Assembly: GCA_963920595.1 (NCBI GenBank)
Contig: OY986950.1
Coordinates: 1,550,001 to 1,614,000 of the forward strand
DNA: 64,000 nt
Source: Eimeria praecox
Taxonomy: Eukaryota
Direction of reading: 5' to 3'
Shown: in pieces, positions 50,801-62,830 of the stretch
How the letters are laid out: every line of letters starts with the position of its first letter
Numbering within the stretch: position 1 is the stretch's first letter
Made by a program: the position numbers and the translations under genes
The notes under the pieces: generated by a model
Seen by the model: only the letters and a program-made list of their open reading frames with translations
Database searches by the model: none
Told to the model about the DNA's origin: nothing

Positions 50801-53800
50801 CTGCCGTGATGCAAACAGAAAGTAATTTTTCTCATTGGCCGACTAGCCTATCCTGCTCAAGCGTGCAGTGGATGCTCATCAGATAAGGACAGGCAGCAGC
50901 TTGGAGGATGCGTGTGTGGTGTAGAGCTTTCCCAAAACATGGTGGGGGCACACGCTTACAGTTGTCACTTCACTCAAAAGATGCGTTTTACTAGGTTTTT
51001 GGAGGAATGGATTCGTTGAGCTACGCGTGCCCAACTGTGCAGTTGCTGGTCTATGTTTAGAGGCAGAGGCAGAATATTTGAGTTTTTGATATCGGCTGCC
51101 TTTTGAATCGTCTTTTATTTGAACCCCGTAATATCTATAGACCGGGCATAATCCATTTGGCGAGGGTTCAAGCTCGTAAGTGGTACAGGTCTTGGGCCTC
51201 CGCTGGGCATGGCGTGTGTATCGATCGTATCTGTGTTGGAGTTTAGGTTGTGTGGGTGGTTCGGATTTTGGCCTGCACGCGTGGTTCCCTGTATTTGATA
51301 TGGAGGGTCTTGCGTAGAGTCTGTTCTGCTGTTTGTTCTGTTGGTGCCCTCGAGGTAGCAATCTAGGACGCAAAGTGCATATTGCCAAACTCATGGCATG
51401 CTCGATCTGCCCAGATGCGGCGGTGTGTACGTTTAAATTCACTTGCAGATAGGCATGAAGGAGACCTGAGAACCGCAGCGTGCTTTGCAGCCTAGAAGAA
51501 AGCATAGCCTTCGGATGGTGTGCGTTTTGAGTTCATTCGTTCTTGCGTTGTGTTGGTAAGCATCCATGCTGCACGGTTAGACTTGTTTGTGGAGCGTTGC
51601 TGTCCGACGATGTCAACTGCCTATGGGCTGCATTTATGGCTAGCCTGTGTTTTGCTCTTTCAGAGTTGTGAACGCCATGGCGGTGGTTTGGTCTCCAATG
51701 TCTGTGTCTTTGTAGACCCCAAGGCCATATGCTTTGTTATAAGTGCGGAATTTGTAAACGGTTGTATCGTGGGCGCAGCAAACGGCACGAGCTTCTTTCT
51801 TTGTTTCTCATTACCACTATGTGGGCGTTTCTTTGCGCATCTCACAGGAAGTGAGCTTCGCGTTAGGAGCAATTGCACCGTCTCTATAACGGCGCTTTTG
51901 CTTCGCGTCTGCAAGGTGGTTTTAAGAGTGTCTCGATAGAGGCGCTGGAGTTTGTGGTTAACCTTAGTTTCAAGCGTGCACCCAAAACGCCCCCCAGTCA
52001 GATGCTGCTGATCCCTTGCTGATACGCCTTTAATCTGTGTGGGGATAGGTATAAAACGCAGCCTACTGTTTAGTGGAAAATCGGCATGTGACCGGCGTAC
52101 ACTGTATGCGTTCATGCGAGCATGACTTTGTGTTGGGTGGATATTTGTCGGACTGAAGCATATGTGCCTGCAGTTGCGAACTTGCAGCCACGCGCGGCAG
52201 TACAGAGGAAATCCTAGGTTGCGAAGAATGCGCTTTTCGATCGCGCTGATATTGTGTTTGGGTTCCTGGTCGTGCTGCATACGAAGACACGTTTCGTAGG
52301 AGCTTCGTATACACAGATATAAAATGCAGTTGAGCTTCACGGCTTGCGGACTAGCGTGCAGTTTCTCGTTTGAAGGTTGCGAGCCCGACGGTGGCGATTC
52401 GGTCTCGAGCATTTATTTCCCTCTCCGTCTGAAGGCTGCATGCTGGGTTATTGATGCGAATGCTGCAAGCGGCTTTAGCGTGGTTGAAATGAATACCAGG
52501 AGGGTCTTCTTGTGTTGCTTCTCACGGTCAGAGCAAGTGTGCTGCTCAGCCCACCGCACAGAAAGTAGGCTTAACTTTTGAACATTTGCACCAGCTGTTA
52601 AACAGTGGAAAGCACTGGCTTCATATCTGCAGAGTGTTGTAAGTGGGTGTTGACATCCTGACATCCTTACCGATGTTTGTGGCCTGCCTTCGTTTCAAGC
52701 GTGCACCGAAAATGCTCTTGCGTCGAATGCTGCTGGCCGCTTTAAGGTGCTAGTGGCTGCACGCCTAGGCTGCCCAGTGAATCGCAGTGCATTTGGAAGC
52801 CGCATATGAAATGTGCGAACAGTAGTGCTTGGGTGCGGTGGCCTTTGCAGCCCGTGAATCGTTGCGCTCAGGCGAAATCTGTTTTCGAGACATGGGTTAG
52901 TTACTACGCTGAGCAAGCCTACTGTGGTGTGGTGCTGGTCGCGTCTACGTGAGGCATCTTCCTATGCTTGGCACGCAGCGTGCCATGAAAACTTCGATGG
53001 TAAACTAGTACTCCTATGCTATTCTCTTTGGACGGACTGCAGCCTTCTAGATTCCCTGGGTTTGAGCTGTGGGTTTGGGCTCTATGCACATTTGACCTGT
53101 GTCCTTGCGTTTGACGCAGCAAGTAAGCCAGTCTTGTCACCCTACGTTCAACCGCCTTCGCGACCACCGAGGATGCCCTATACTTTGAAATAACATGAAA
53201 CATGCAGACTCAAACGTTGGAGGTTTGGAACCGCAAATTTCGATTCGCGTGCATCTTGAATCTTCCATGCTTGTTTTGACTATTTTCTGTACAGCGTCCT
53301 GCACCATGGATGCATTTAGTTGCCTATTAAGCGAGGCGTTTGCTCTCAAGCCAGAATAACGCGCAGCAGGGTTTTTTTGTTGCTAAGGATGTGAGTCTGT
53401 GTTTTATGCTGCAGCCGCTTGCCTCGCCAGCATGGCGCTGTGAGGGGCATCCAGACTACTCTGCGGAACCCAAACGAGTCTGCACACTATCGTCCAGCAT
53501 GTAGGTTGTGCTCATTTCATCTTCGTGTTTTGGAGAGCAATCGTGTACTTTATTGATGCCTCTGCCCAAAAGAACAAGCTTTGAACATAATATATCCTCG
53601 TTGCTGTTGTACGTCGGATGTCTCTTGTAGCTGAGCAGTAGTCTCCAAGCAGCCACCATGCGTTGTGACAGCGATGGGGGAGTATGCAAAATCGCACTTC
53701 CTACTGTGTTCTACTGTAGGCGGTGGAAATTGTATGCTCAATGCCTGCAGGGGGGGTCCTGCTGGGTTCTGCAAATTTCACAGTTGGAAGGACGGCGCGG

Positions 53801-55549
53801 CGCGGCGCTTTACAACATCTGCAGCTTGTGCGTCGCAGTATCTTTGTTGATGGCGCTCTTGCTAACGCATTGGCGATCTGCAAGCGTCACAAAGGCTGTT
53901 TATGTTCCCCGTAGTTGTTGAGCCAAGTATGTGAATATATGAGGGTCGGAGAATGAACCAACGAGTGAGGCTGGCGGCGCCGTCCTGTTGCCAGCACGAT
54001 GATGCTATCTTGCTGAGCGCTGTACCTGGGAACGACTACGCTATATATTGTTGTGTATAAACGTTGCCGCCTATGCCTTCATTGTTGTATTCCGCAGCGC
54101 ATTATTGATACCTGTGAATTGCGTACGGAGAAGGCGTCTGCTAACTGCGTGTTTTTGTAAGTGTATGGTGGGTTTCTCTAGGCACTTTGCAGGTGGAATG
54201 GTTTCGGCGTTTCCTGAGTGGGTCGCATTGCATGTCAAAAGAGTAGAAAACACTGATCGCTGCATTATGTGGAGCTGATTACGAATACGTGCACACCAAA
54301 ACGTTCCAATGTGCGTCTGGCTTACTGGCCTCCAGACGGCGGCAGAGGTTGGTGTTTGAATCTGCTGGTGATTTAGAAAGGAGTTCTGCCGTTGGTGAGT
54401 TTAGTGTCTTAGGCCACGTTCTGTGAAGTAGGACATCTTACTGTGTCACGGTCGTGCACAAACAAGAAACAAGTGCATGCGCAACCTCCCGTCAGGCAGT
54501 CAGTTGCCCAATTTGGTTCCAGCACGCCTTTCGCGAGCACAGACATACTGCTGCCTAAAGTGTGCACTGTTTTATTCTGAGTAGCCATGGTCACGCATTG
54601 GCGCCAGCGTATTCATAGGCATTACTGTATCGGCTTGATTTGTTCACAAACCTGTGGATACGGCGCTACGAAGCATAGGAGGGCCATCGGCCTTTTGTCT
54701 GCGATTCTTGTGAATGTCCTGTTGACAGTTTAACAAGCTACTCGAGCAACCCGGTTGCTGAATTCATGCGGCTGCCGTGATGCAAACAGAAAGTAATTTT
54801 TCTCATTGGCCGACTAGCCTATCCTGCTCAAGCGTGCAGTGGATGCTCATCAGATAAGGACAGGCAGCAGCTTGGAGGATGCGTGTGTGGTGTAGACCTT
54901 TCCCAAAACATGGTGGGGGCACACGCTTACAGTTGTCACTTCACTCAAAAGATGCGTTTTACTAGGTTTTTGGAGGAATGGATTCGTTGAGCTACGCGTG
55001 CCCAACTGTGCAGTTGCTGGTCTATGTTTAGAGGCAGAGGCAGAATATTTGAGTTTTTGATATCGGCTGCCTTTTGAATCGTCTTTTATTTGAACCCCGT
55101 AATATCTGAAGACCGGGCATAATCCATTTGGCGAGGGTTCAAGCTCGTAAGTGGTACAGGTCTTGGGCCTCCGCTGGGCATGGCGTGTGTATCGATCGTA
55201 TCTGTGTTGGAGTTTAGGTTGTGTGGGTGGTTCGGATTTTGGCCTGCACGCGTGGTTCCCTGTATTTGATATGGAGGGTCTTGAGTAGAGTCTGTTCTGC
55301 TGTTTGTTCTGTTGGTGCCCTCGAGGTAGCAATCTAGGACGCAAAGTGCATATTGCCAAACTCATGGCATGCGCGATCTGCCCAGATGCGGCGGTGTGTA
55401 CGTTTAAATTCACTTGCAGATAGGCATGAAGGAGACCCGACAACGACTGCGTGTTTTGCAGCCTAGAAGAAAGCATAGCCTTCGGATGGTGTGCGTTTTG
55501 AGTTCATTCGTTCTTGCTTTGTGTCGGTAAGCAGCCATGCTGCAGGGCT

Positions 55550-57170
55550 AGGCTGCATGCTGGGTGTTTGATGCGAATGTTGCAAACGTTTTTAGCTTGG
55601 TTGAAATGAATACGCGAGTGTCTTCTTTTGTTGCTTCTCACCGTCAGCGCAAGTCTGCTGTTCAGCGCATCGCGCAGGGAGTAGGCCTCACCTTTAAGCA
55701 GCTACACCGGCGCTTTAACAGTGCGGAGCACTAACCTCACTTCTGCAGTGTGTTGTGGACTGGCTGTTTACAGCGGTACTGATGTTTGTTGCCTGCCTTA
55801 GTTTCAAGCGTGCACCGAAAATGCTCTCACATCGAATGCTGATGGCGGCATGTAGCTGTTTCTTTAATGTGCTAGTGGATGTGTTCGAAATGCCACTTGG
55901 TGCTGATTAGTGTACGTGAAGGTCTGCCATGTGATCTGCTCAGGAGGTAGGCGTTTTGTGCGAGCAGGGCGTTGCGTTGGCTGTATATTTGTCAGAGTGA
56001 AGTATGCATGTCTGCAGTCTCTAAGCTACCGTTGGGCGGAAAACCTATATAGAGTGGGGTTATGTGCTTGATCGGCTGGCTTTGATGCAGAGCATGGATG
56101 ATTTGCATGGCTTGCGCATTTGCCTGTAGTTCCTCATTGCAGGGTTACAAGCCGGACGGCGGCGGTTCGGTTTCGAGCGCTTGTTTCCTTCTCGGTCTAA
56201 AGACTACAAGCCGGGTCTTTTAATGCGAATGTTCGAAACGGTTTTAGCGTGGTTGAAATGAATACGCGAGTGTCTTCTTTTGTTGCTTCTCACCGTCAGC
56301 GCAAGTCTGCTGTTCAGCGCATCGCGCAGGGAGTAGGCCTCACCTTTAAGCAGCTACACCGGCGCTTTAACAGTGCGGAGCACTAACCTCACTTCTGCAG
56401 TGTGTTGTGGACTGGCTGTTTACAGCGGTACTGATGTTTGTTGCCTGCCTTAGTTTCAAGCGTGCACCGAAAATGCTCTCACATCGAATGCTGATGGCGG
56501 CATGTAGCTGTTTCTTTAATGTGCTAGTGGATGTGTTCGAAATGCAACTTGGTGCTGATTAGTGTACGTGAAGGTCTGCCATGTGATCTGCTCAGGAGGT
56601 AGGCGTTTTGTGCGAGCAGGGCGTTGCGTTGGCTGTATATTTGTCAGAGTGAAGTATGCATGCCTGCAGTCTCTAAGCTACCGTTGGTCGGAAAACCTAT
56701 ATAGAGTGGGGTTATGTGCTTGATCGGCTGGCTTTGATGCAGAGCATGGATGATTTGCATGGCTTGCCCATTTGCCTGTAGTTCCTCATTGCAGGGTTAC
56801 AAGCCGGACGGCGGCGGTTCGGTTTCGAGCGCTTGTTTCCTTCTCGGTCTAAAGACTACATGCCGGGTCTTTTAATGCGAATGTTCGAAACGGTTTTAGC
56901 GTGGTTGAAATTAATGCCGAGTGTCTTCTTCTGTTGCTTCTCACCGTCAGAGCAAGGGTGCTGCTGAGCGCATCGCACAGGAAGTGGGCCTTATTTTTGA
57001 ACAGTTGCACCAACCGTTTAGCAGTGCAAAACAGTGGCTTCATTTCTGCAGAGTATTTGGATCCAGGTGTTGACAGCGTGCCGATGTTTGGTTCCTGCCT
57101 TACGTTCAAGTGTGCACCGAAATTCCTCTTGCGGCGAATGCTGCTGGCCACTTGTAGCTGTGCCGTTAAG
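55550..57170. repeat. 652-bp tandem subunits (2 full plus a partial), nearly identical
   Basis: Anchor ttgaaat at 55601, 56253 and 56905, an exact 652-bp period. Confidence 0.95.
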
Positions 57171-59904
57171 GTGCTAGAGGCTGCATTGCTATACCGCCTA
57201 GAGAATATCAGTGCAGTTTGAAGCTACACATGAAATGCGTGGACAGTTGTGCTTGGGTGCCTTGGCTTTACAGCTCGTGAGTCGTTGCGCTCAGGCGAAA
57301 TCTGTTTGCCATGCATGAGGTGGGTGGCACGCTGAGCAGGACTGCTGTGATGAGGTGCTAGCCGTGTCTACGTGATGCATTTTCCTATGTGTGTCGCGCA
57401 GCGTGCGATGACAACCTCGATGTTAAACTAGTACTCCTACTGTATCCTCTTTGGACGAACTGCAGCCTTGTAGATTCCTTGGTTGGAGCTGTAGGTTTGG
57501 GCTCTATGCACATTTGGCCTGTGCCCTTGTGTTTGACGCAACAAATTCGCCTGTCTTGTCACCATACGTTTAGCCTCTTTGGCGAATGCCAAGGATGGCC
57601 TCTATTTTGAAACAACTTGAAATATGCAGACTCACGCGTTGCAGGTTTGGAACCGCAAATTTCGATTCCCGTGCACCTTGAATCTTCGAGGCTTGTTTTG
57701 ACTATTTTCTGTACAGCTCCCTGCACCATGGATGCATTTAATCGCCTGTTAGTGGAGGCGTTTGCTCTCGAGCCAGAATAACGCGCAGCAGGTGTTTTGT
57801 TTGCTCAGGCTGTGAGTCTGTGTTTTATGCTGCAGCCGCTTGCCTCGCCAGCATGGCTGTGCAAAGGCCACCTAGACTACTCTGCGGGACCCAAACGAGT
57901 CTGTACACTATCGTCCAACATGTAGGATGTGCTCATTTGATTTTCGTGTTTTGGAGGGCACTCGTGCACTTTATTGATGCCTCAGCCAAGAAGTGCAAGC
58001 TCTGAACATAAAATATCCTCGTTGCTGTTGTACGTCGGATGTCTCTTGTAGCTGAGCAGTAGTCTCCAAGCAGCCACCATACGTTGTGACAGCGATGGGG
58101 GAGTATGCAAAATCGCACTTCCTACTGTGTTCTACTGTAGACAATGAAAATTGTATGCTCAATGCCTGCAGGGGGGATCCTGCTGGGTTCTGCAAATTTC
58201 ACAGTTGGATGGACGGCGCGGCGCGGCGCTTTACAACATCTGCAGCTTGTGCGTCGCAGTATCTTTGTTGATGGCGCTCTTGCTAACGCGTTGGCGATCT
58301 GCAAGCGTCACAAAGGCCGTTTATGTTCCCTATAGTTGTCGAGCCACGTATGTGAATATATGAGGGTCGGAGAATGAACCAACGAGTGAGGCTGGAGGCG
58401 CCATCCTGTTGCCAGCACGATGATGCTATCTTGCTGAGCGCTGTACCGGGAACGATTAGGCTATATATTGCTATGTATAAACGTTGCCGCCTATGCCTTC
58501 ATTGTTGTATTCGGCAACACATTATTGATACCTGTGAGTTGTGTACGGAGAAGGCATCTGCTAACTGTGTGTTTTTGTCGGTGCACAGTGGGTTTCTCTA
58601 GGCACGTTGCACGTGGGATGCTTTTGGCGTCTCCTTAGTGGGTTGCATTGCACGTCAAAAGAATAGAAAACTCCGATCACTACATTATGTGGAGCTGATA
58701 ACGAATACGTGCGCACCAAAACGTTCCAATGTGCGTCTGGCTTACTGGCCTCCAGATGGCGCCACAGCCGTATGCTTCAGAGTACAGGAGACTAGAAACA
58801 TTGTTCTGCTGTCGGTCGACATGGAGGGGGCGTGCCAACAGCAACTAGAGGAGACATGGCCAAGCTGCTGTCACCTAGTCCATTCTTCTGCTTTCCCGTT
58901 GGTGCACCTTCAGGTTCCCAAGGGGAGTGTTGCCTAGTATGTGCATGCTCCATTGTTAGTATCTATGATCACTCATTGGCGCCAGCGTATTGATAGGCAT
59001 TACTGTATCGGCTTGATTTGTCCACAAACCTGTAGATACGGCGCTACGAAGCATAGGAGAGCCATGGGCCTTTTGTATGCGATTCTTGTGAATGTCCTGG
59101 AGACAGTTGAGCAAGCCACTCGAGGAACCCGGTTGCTGAATTCATGCGGCTGCCGTGATGCAAACAGGACGTAATTTTTCTCATTGGCCGACTAGCCTAT
59201 CCTGCTCAAGCATGCAGTGGATGCTCATCAGATAAGGGCAGCAGCTTGGAGGATATGTGTTTGGTGTAGAGCTTTCCCAAAACATGGTGGAGACACACGC
59301 GTACAGTTGTCACTTCACTCGGAAGATGCGTTTTACTAATGTTTTGCAGGAATGGATTCGTTGCGGTACGCGTGCCCAACTGTGCAGTTTCTGGTCTATG
59401 TTTAGAGGCAGAGGCAAAATATTTGAGTTTTTGATATCGGCTGCCTGTTGAGTCGTATTTTATTTGAGCACCGTAATATCTGAACACCGGGCATAATCCA
59501 TTTGGCGAGGGTTCAAGTTTGTAAGTGGTACAGGTCTTGGGCCTCCGCTGGGCATGGCGTGTGTATCGTATCTGTGTTGGAGGTTAGGTTGTGTGGGTGG
59601 TTCGTATTTTGGGCAGCATGCGTGGTTCCCTGTATTTGACATGGAAGGTCTTGCGTAGAGTTCGTTCTGTTGTTGCCCCCGGGATAGCAATTATGGACGC
59701 GAAGTGCATATTGCCAAACTTATGGCATGCGCGATCTGCCCAGATGCGGCGGTGTGTGCAAGTTCGCTTGCAGATAGGCATGAAGGAGACCCGACAACGA
59801 CTGCGTGTTTTGCAGCCTAGAAGAAAGCATAGCCTTCGGATGGTGTACGTTTTGAGTTCATTCGTTCTTGCTTTGTGTCGGTAAGCAGCCATGCTGCAGG
59901 GCTA

Positions 59905-62830
59905 GGCTGCATGCTGGGGGTTTGATGCGAATGTTGCAAACGTTTTTAGCTTGCTTGAAATGAATACGCGAGTGTCTTCTTTTGTTGCTTCTCACCGTCA
60001 GCGCAAGCCTGCTGTTGAGCGCATCGCGCAGGATGTAGGCTTCGTCGTTGAACCGTTGCACCAGCGCTTTAACAGTGCAAGACCCTGGGTTAATTTCCGC
60101 AGTGTGTTGTGGACTGGCTGTTGACAGCGGTGCTGATGTTTGGTTCGTGCCTTAGTTTCAAGCGTGCACCGAAAATGCTCTCACATCGAATGCTGATGGC
60201 CGCATGTAGCTGCTTCTTTAATGCGCTAGTGGATGTGTTCGAAATGCCACTTGGTGCTGATTAGTGTACGTGAAGGTCTGCCATGTGATCTGCTCAGGAG
60301 GTAGGCGCTTGCGCGAGCAAAGCATTACCTTGGCTGTATATTTGTCAGAGTGAAGTATGCATGTCTGCAGTCTCTAATCTACCGTTGGTCGGAAAACCTT
60401 TATAGAGTGGGGTTATGTGCTTGATCGGCTGGCTTTGATGCAGAGCATGGATGATTTGCATGGCTTGCGCATTTGCCTGTAGTTCCTCATTGCAGGGTTA
60501 CAAGCCGGACGGCGGCGGTTCGGTTTCGAGCGCTTGTTTCCTTCTCGGTCTAAAGACTACATGCCGGGTCTTTTAATGCGAATGCTCGAAACGGTTCTCG
60601 CGTGGTTGAAATGAATACGCGAGTGTCTTCTTTTGCTGCTTCTCACCGTCAGCGCAAGGGTGCTGTTGAGCGCATCGCACAGGGAATAGGCCTCACCTTT
60701 AAGCAGCTGCACCGGCGCTTTAACAGTGCGGAGCACTAACCTCACTTCTGCAGTGTGTTGTGGACTGGCTGTTTACAGCGGTACTGATGTTTGTTGCCTG
60801 CCTTAGTGTTAAGCGTGCACCGAAAATGCTCTCACATCGAATGCTGATGGCCGCATGCAGCTGTTTCTTTAATGTGCTAGTGGATGTGTTCGAAACGCAA
60901 CTTGGTGCTGATTAGTGTACGTGAAGGTCTGCCATGTGATCTGCTCAGGAGGTAGGCGTTTTGTGCGAGCAGGGCGTTACGTTGGCTTTATATTTGTCAG
61001 AGTGAAGTATGCATGTCTGCAGTCTCTAATCTACCGTTGGGCGGAAAACCTATATAGAGTGGGGTTATGTGCTTGATCGGCTGGCTTTGATGCAGAGCAT
61101 GGATGATTTGCATGGCTTGCGCATTTGCCTGTAGTTCCTCATTGCAGGGTTACAAGCTGGACGGCGGCGGTTCGGTTTCGAGCGCTTGTTTCCTTCTCGG
61201 TCTAAAGACTACAAGCCGGGTCTTTTAATGCGAATGTTCGAAACGGCTTTAGCGTGGTTTAAATGAATGCCACGAGTGTCGTCTTCTGTTGCTTCTCACC
61301 GTCAGAGCAGGGGTGTTGTTGAGCGCATCGCGCAGGATGTGGGCTTCATCTCTGAACAAATGCAGCAGCTATCTATCAGCGCAAAATGCTGGCTTCATGT
61401 TTGCAGTGTGTTGTGGACTGGCTGTTTACAGCGGTACTGATGTTTGTTGCCTGCCTTAGTTTCAAGCGTGCACCGAAAATGCTCTCATATCGAATGCTGA
61501 TGGCCGCATGTAGCTGCTTCTTTAATGCGCTAGTGGATGTGTTCGAAATGCAACTTGGTGCTGATCGGTGTACGCGAAGGTCTGCCATGTGATCTGCTCA
61601 GGAGGTAGGCGTTTTGTGCGAGCAGGGCGTTGCGTTGGCTGTATATTTGTCAGAGTGAAGTATGCATGTCTGCAGTCTCTAATCTACCGTTGGTCGGAAA
61701 ACCTATATAGAGTGGGGCTATGTGCTTGATCGGCTGGCTTTGATGCAGAGCATGGATGATTTGCATGGCGCGCGCATTTGCCTGCAGTTTCGCGATGCAG
61801 GGGTACAAGCCGGACGGCGGCGGTTCGGTGTCCAGCACTTGTTTGGCCCTCTGTCTAAATGTTGCATGCCGGCTTTTTATGCGAATGCTCGAAAAGGTTT
61901 TAGCGTGGTTTAAATGAATACGCGAGTGTCTTCTTTTGTTGCTTCTCACCGTCAGCGCAAGTCTGCTGTTCAGCGCATCGCACAGGGAGTAGGCCTCACC
62001 TTTAAGCAGCTGCACCGGCGCTTTAACAGTGCGGAGCACTAACCTCACTTCTGCAGTGTATTGTGGACTGGCTGTTTACAGCGGTACTGATGTTTGTTGC
62101 CTGCCTTAGTTTCAAGCGTGCACCGAAAATGCTCTCACATGGAATGCTGATGGCCGCATGTAGCTGTTTCTTTAATGTGCTAGTGAATGTGTTCGAAATG
62201 CAACTTGGTGCTGATTAGTGTACGTGAAGGTCTGCCATGTGATCTGCTCAGGAGGTAGGCGTTTTGTGCGAGCAGGGCGTTGCGTTGGCTGTATATTTGT
62301 CAGAGTGAAGTATGCATGCCTGCAGTCTCTAATCTACCGTTGGGCGGAAAACCTTTATATAGTGGGGTTACGTGCTTGATCGGCTGGCTTTGATGCAGAG
62401 CATGGATGATTTGCATGGCTTGCGCATTTGCCTGCAGTTTCGCGATGCAGGGTTACAAGCCGGACGGCGGCGGTTCGGTGTCCAGCACTTGTTTGGCCCT
62501 CTGTCTAAATGTTGCATGCCGGCTTTTTATGCGAATGCTCGAAACGGGTTTAGCGTGGTTGAAATTAATACGCGAGTGTCTTCTTTTGTTGCTTCTCACC
62601 GTCAGAGCAAGGGTGCTGTTGAGCGCATCGCACAGGAAGTGGGCCTTATTTTTGAACAGTTGCACCAACCGTTTAGCAGTGCAAAACAGTGGCTTCATTT
62701 CTGCAGAGTATTTGGATCCGGGTGTTGACAGCGTGCCGATGTTTGGTTCCTGCCTTACTTTCAAGCGTGCACCGAAATTCCTCTTGCGGCGAATGCTGCT
62801 GGCCACTTGTAGCTGTGCCGTTAAGGTGCT
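59905..62830. repeat. 650-652-bp tandem subunits (4 full plus a partial)
   Basis: Anchors at 59955, 60606, 61258, 61909 and 62559. Confidence 0.95.

Noticed and set aside
43248..52412. The longest ORFs (238 aa at 43248..43964; 250 aa at 51660..52412)
   Set aside because: Their boundaries differ between paralogous units and they are interrupted in the other copies, so they are chance read-throughs of relic sequence.
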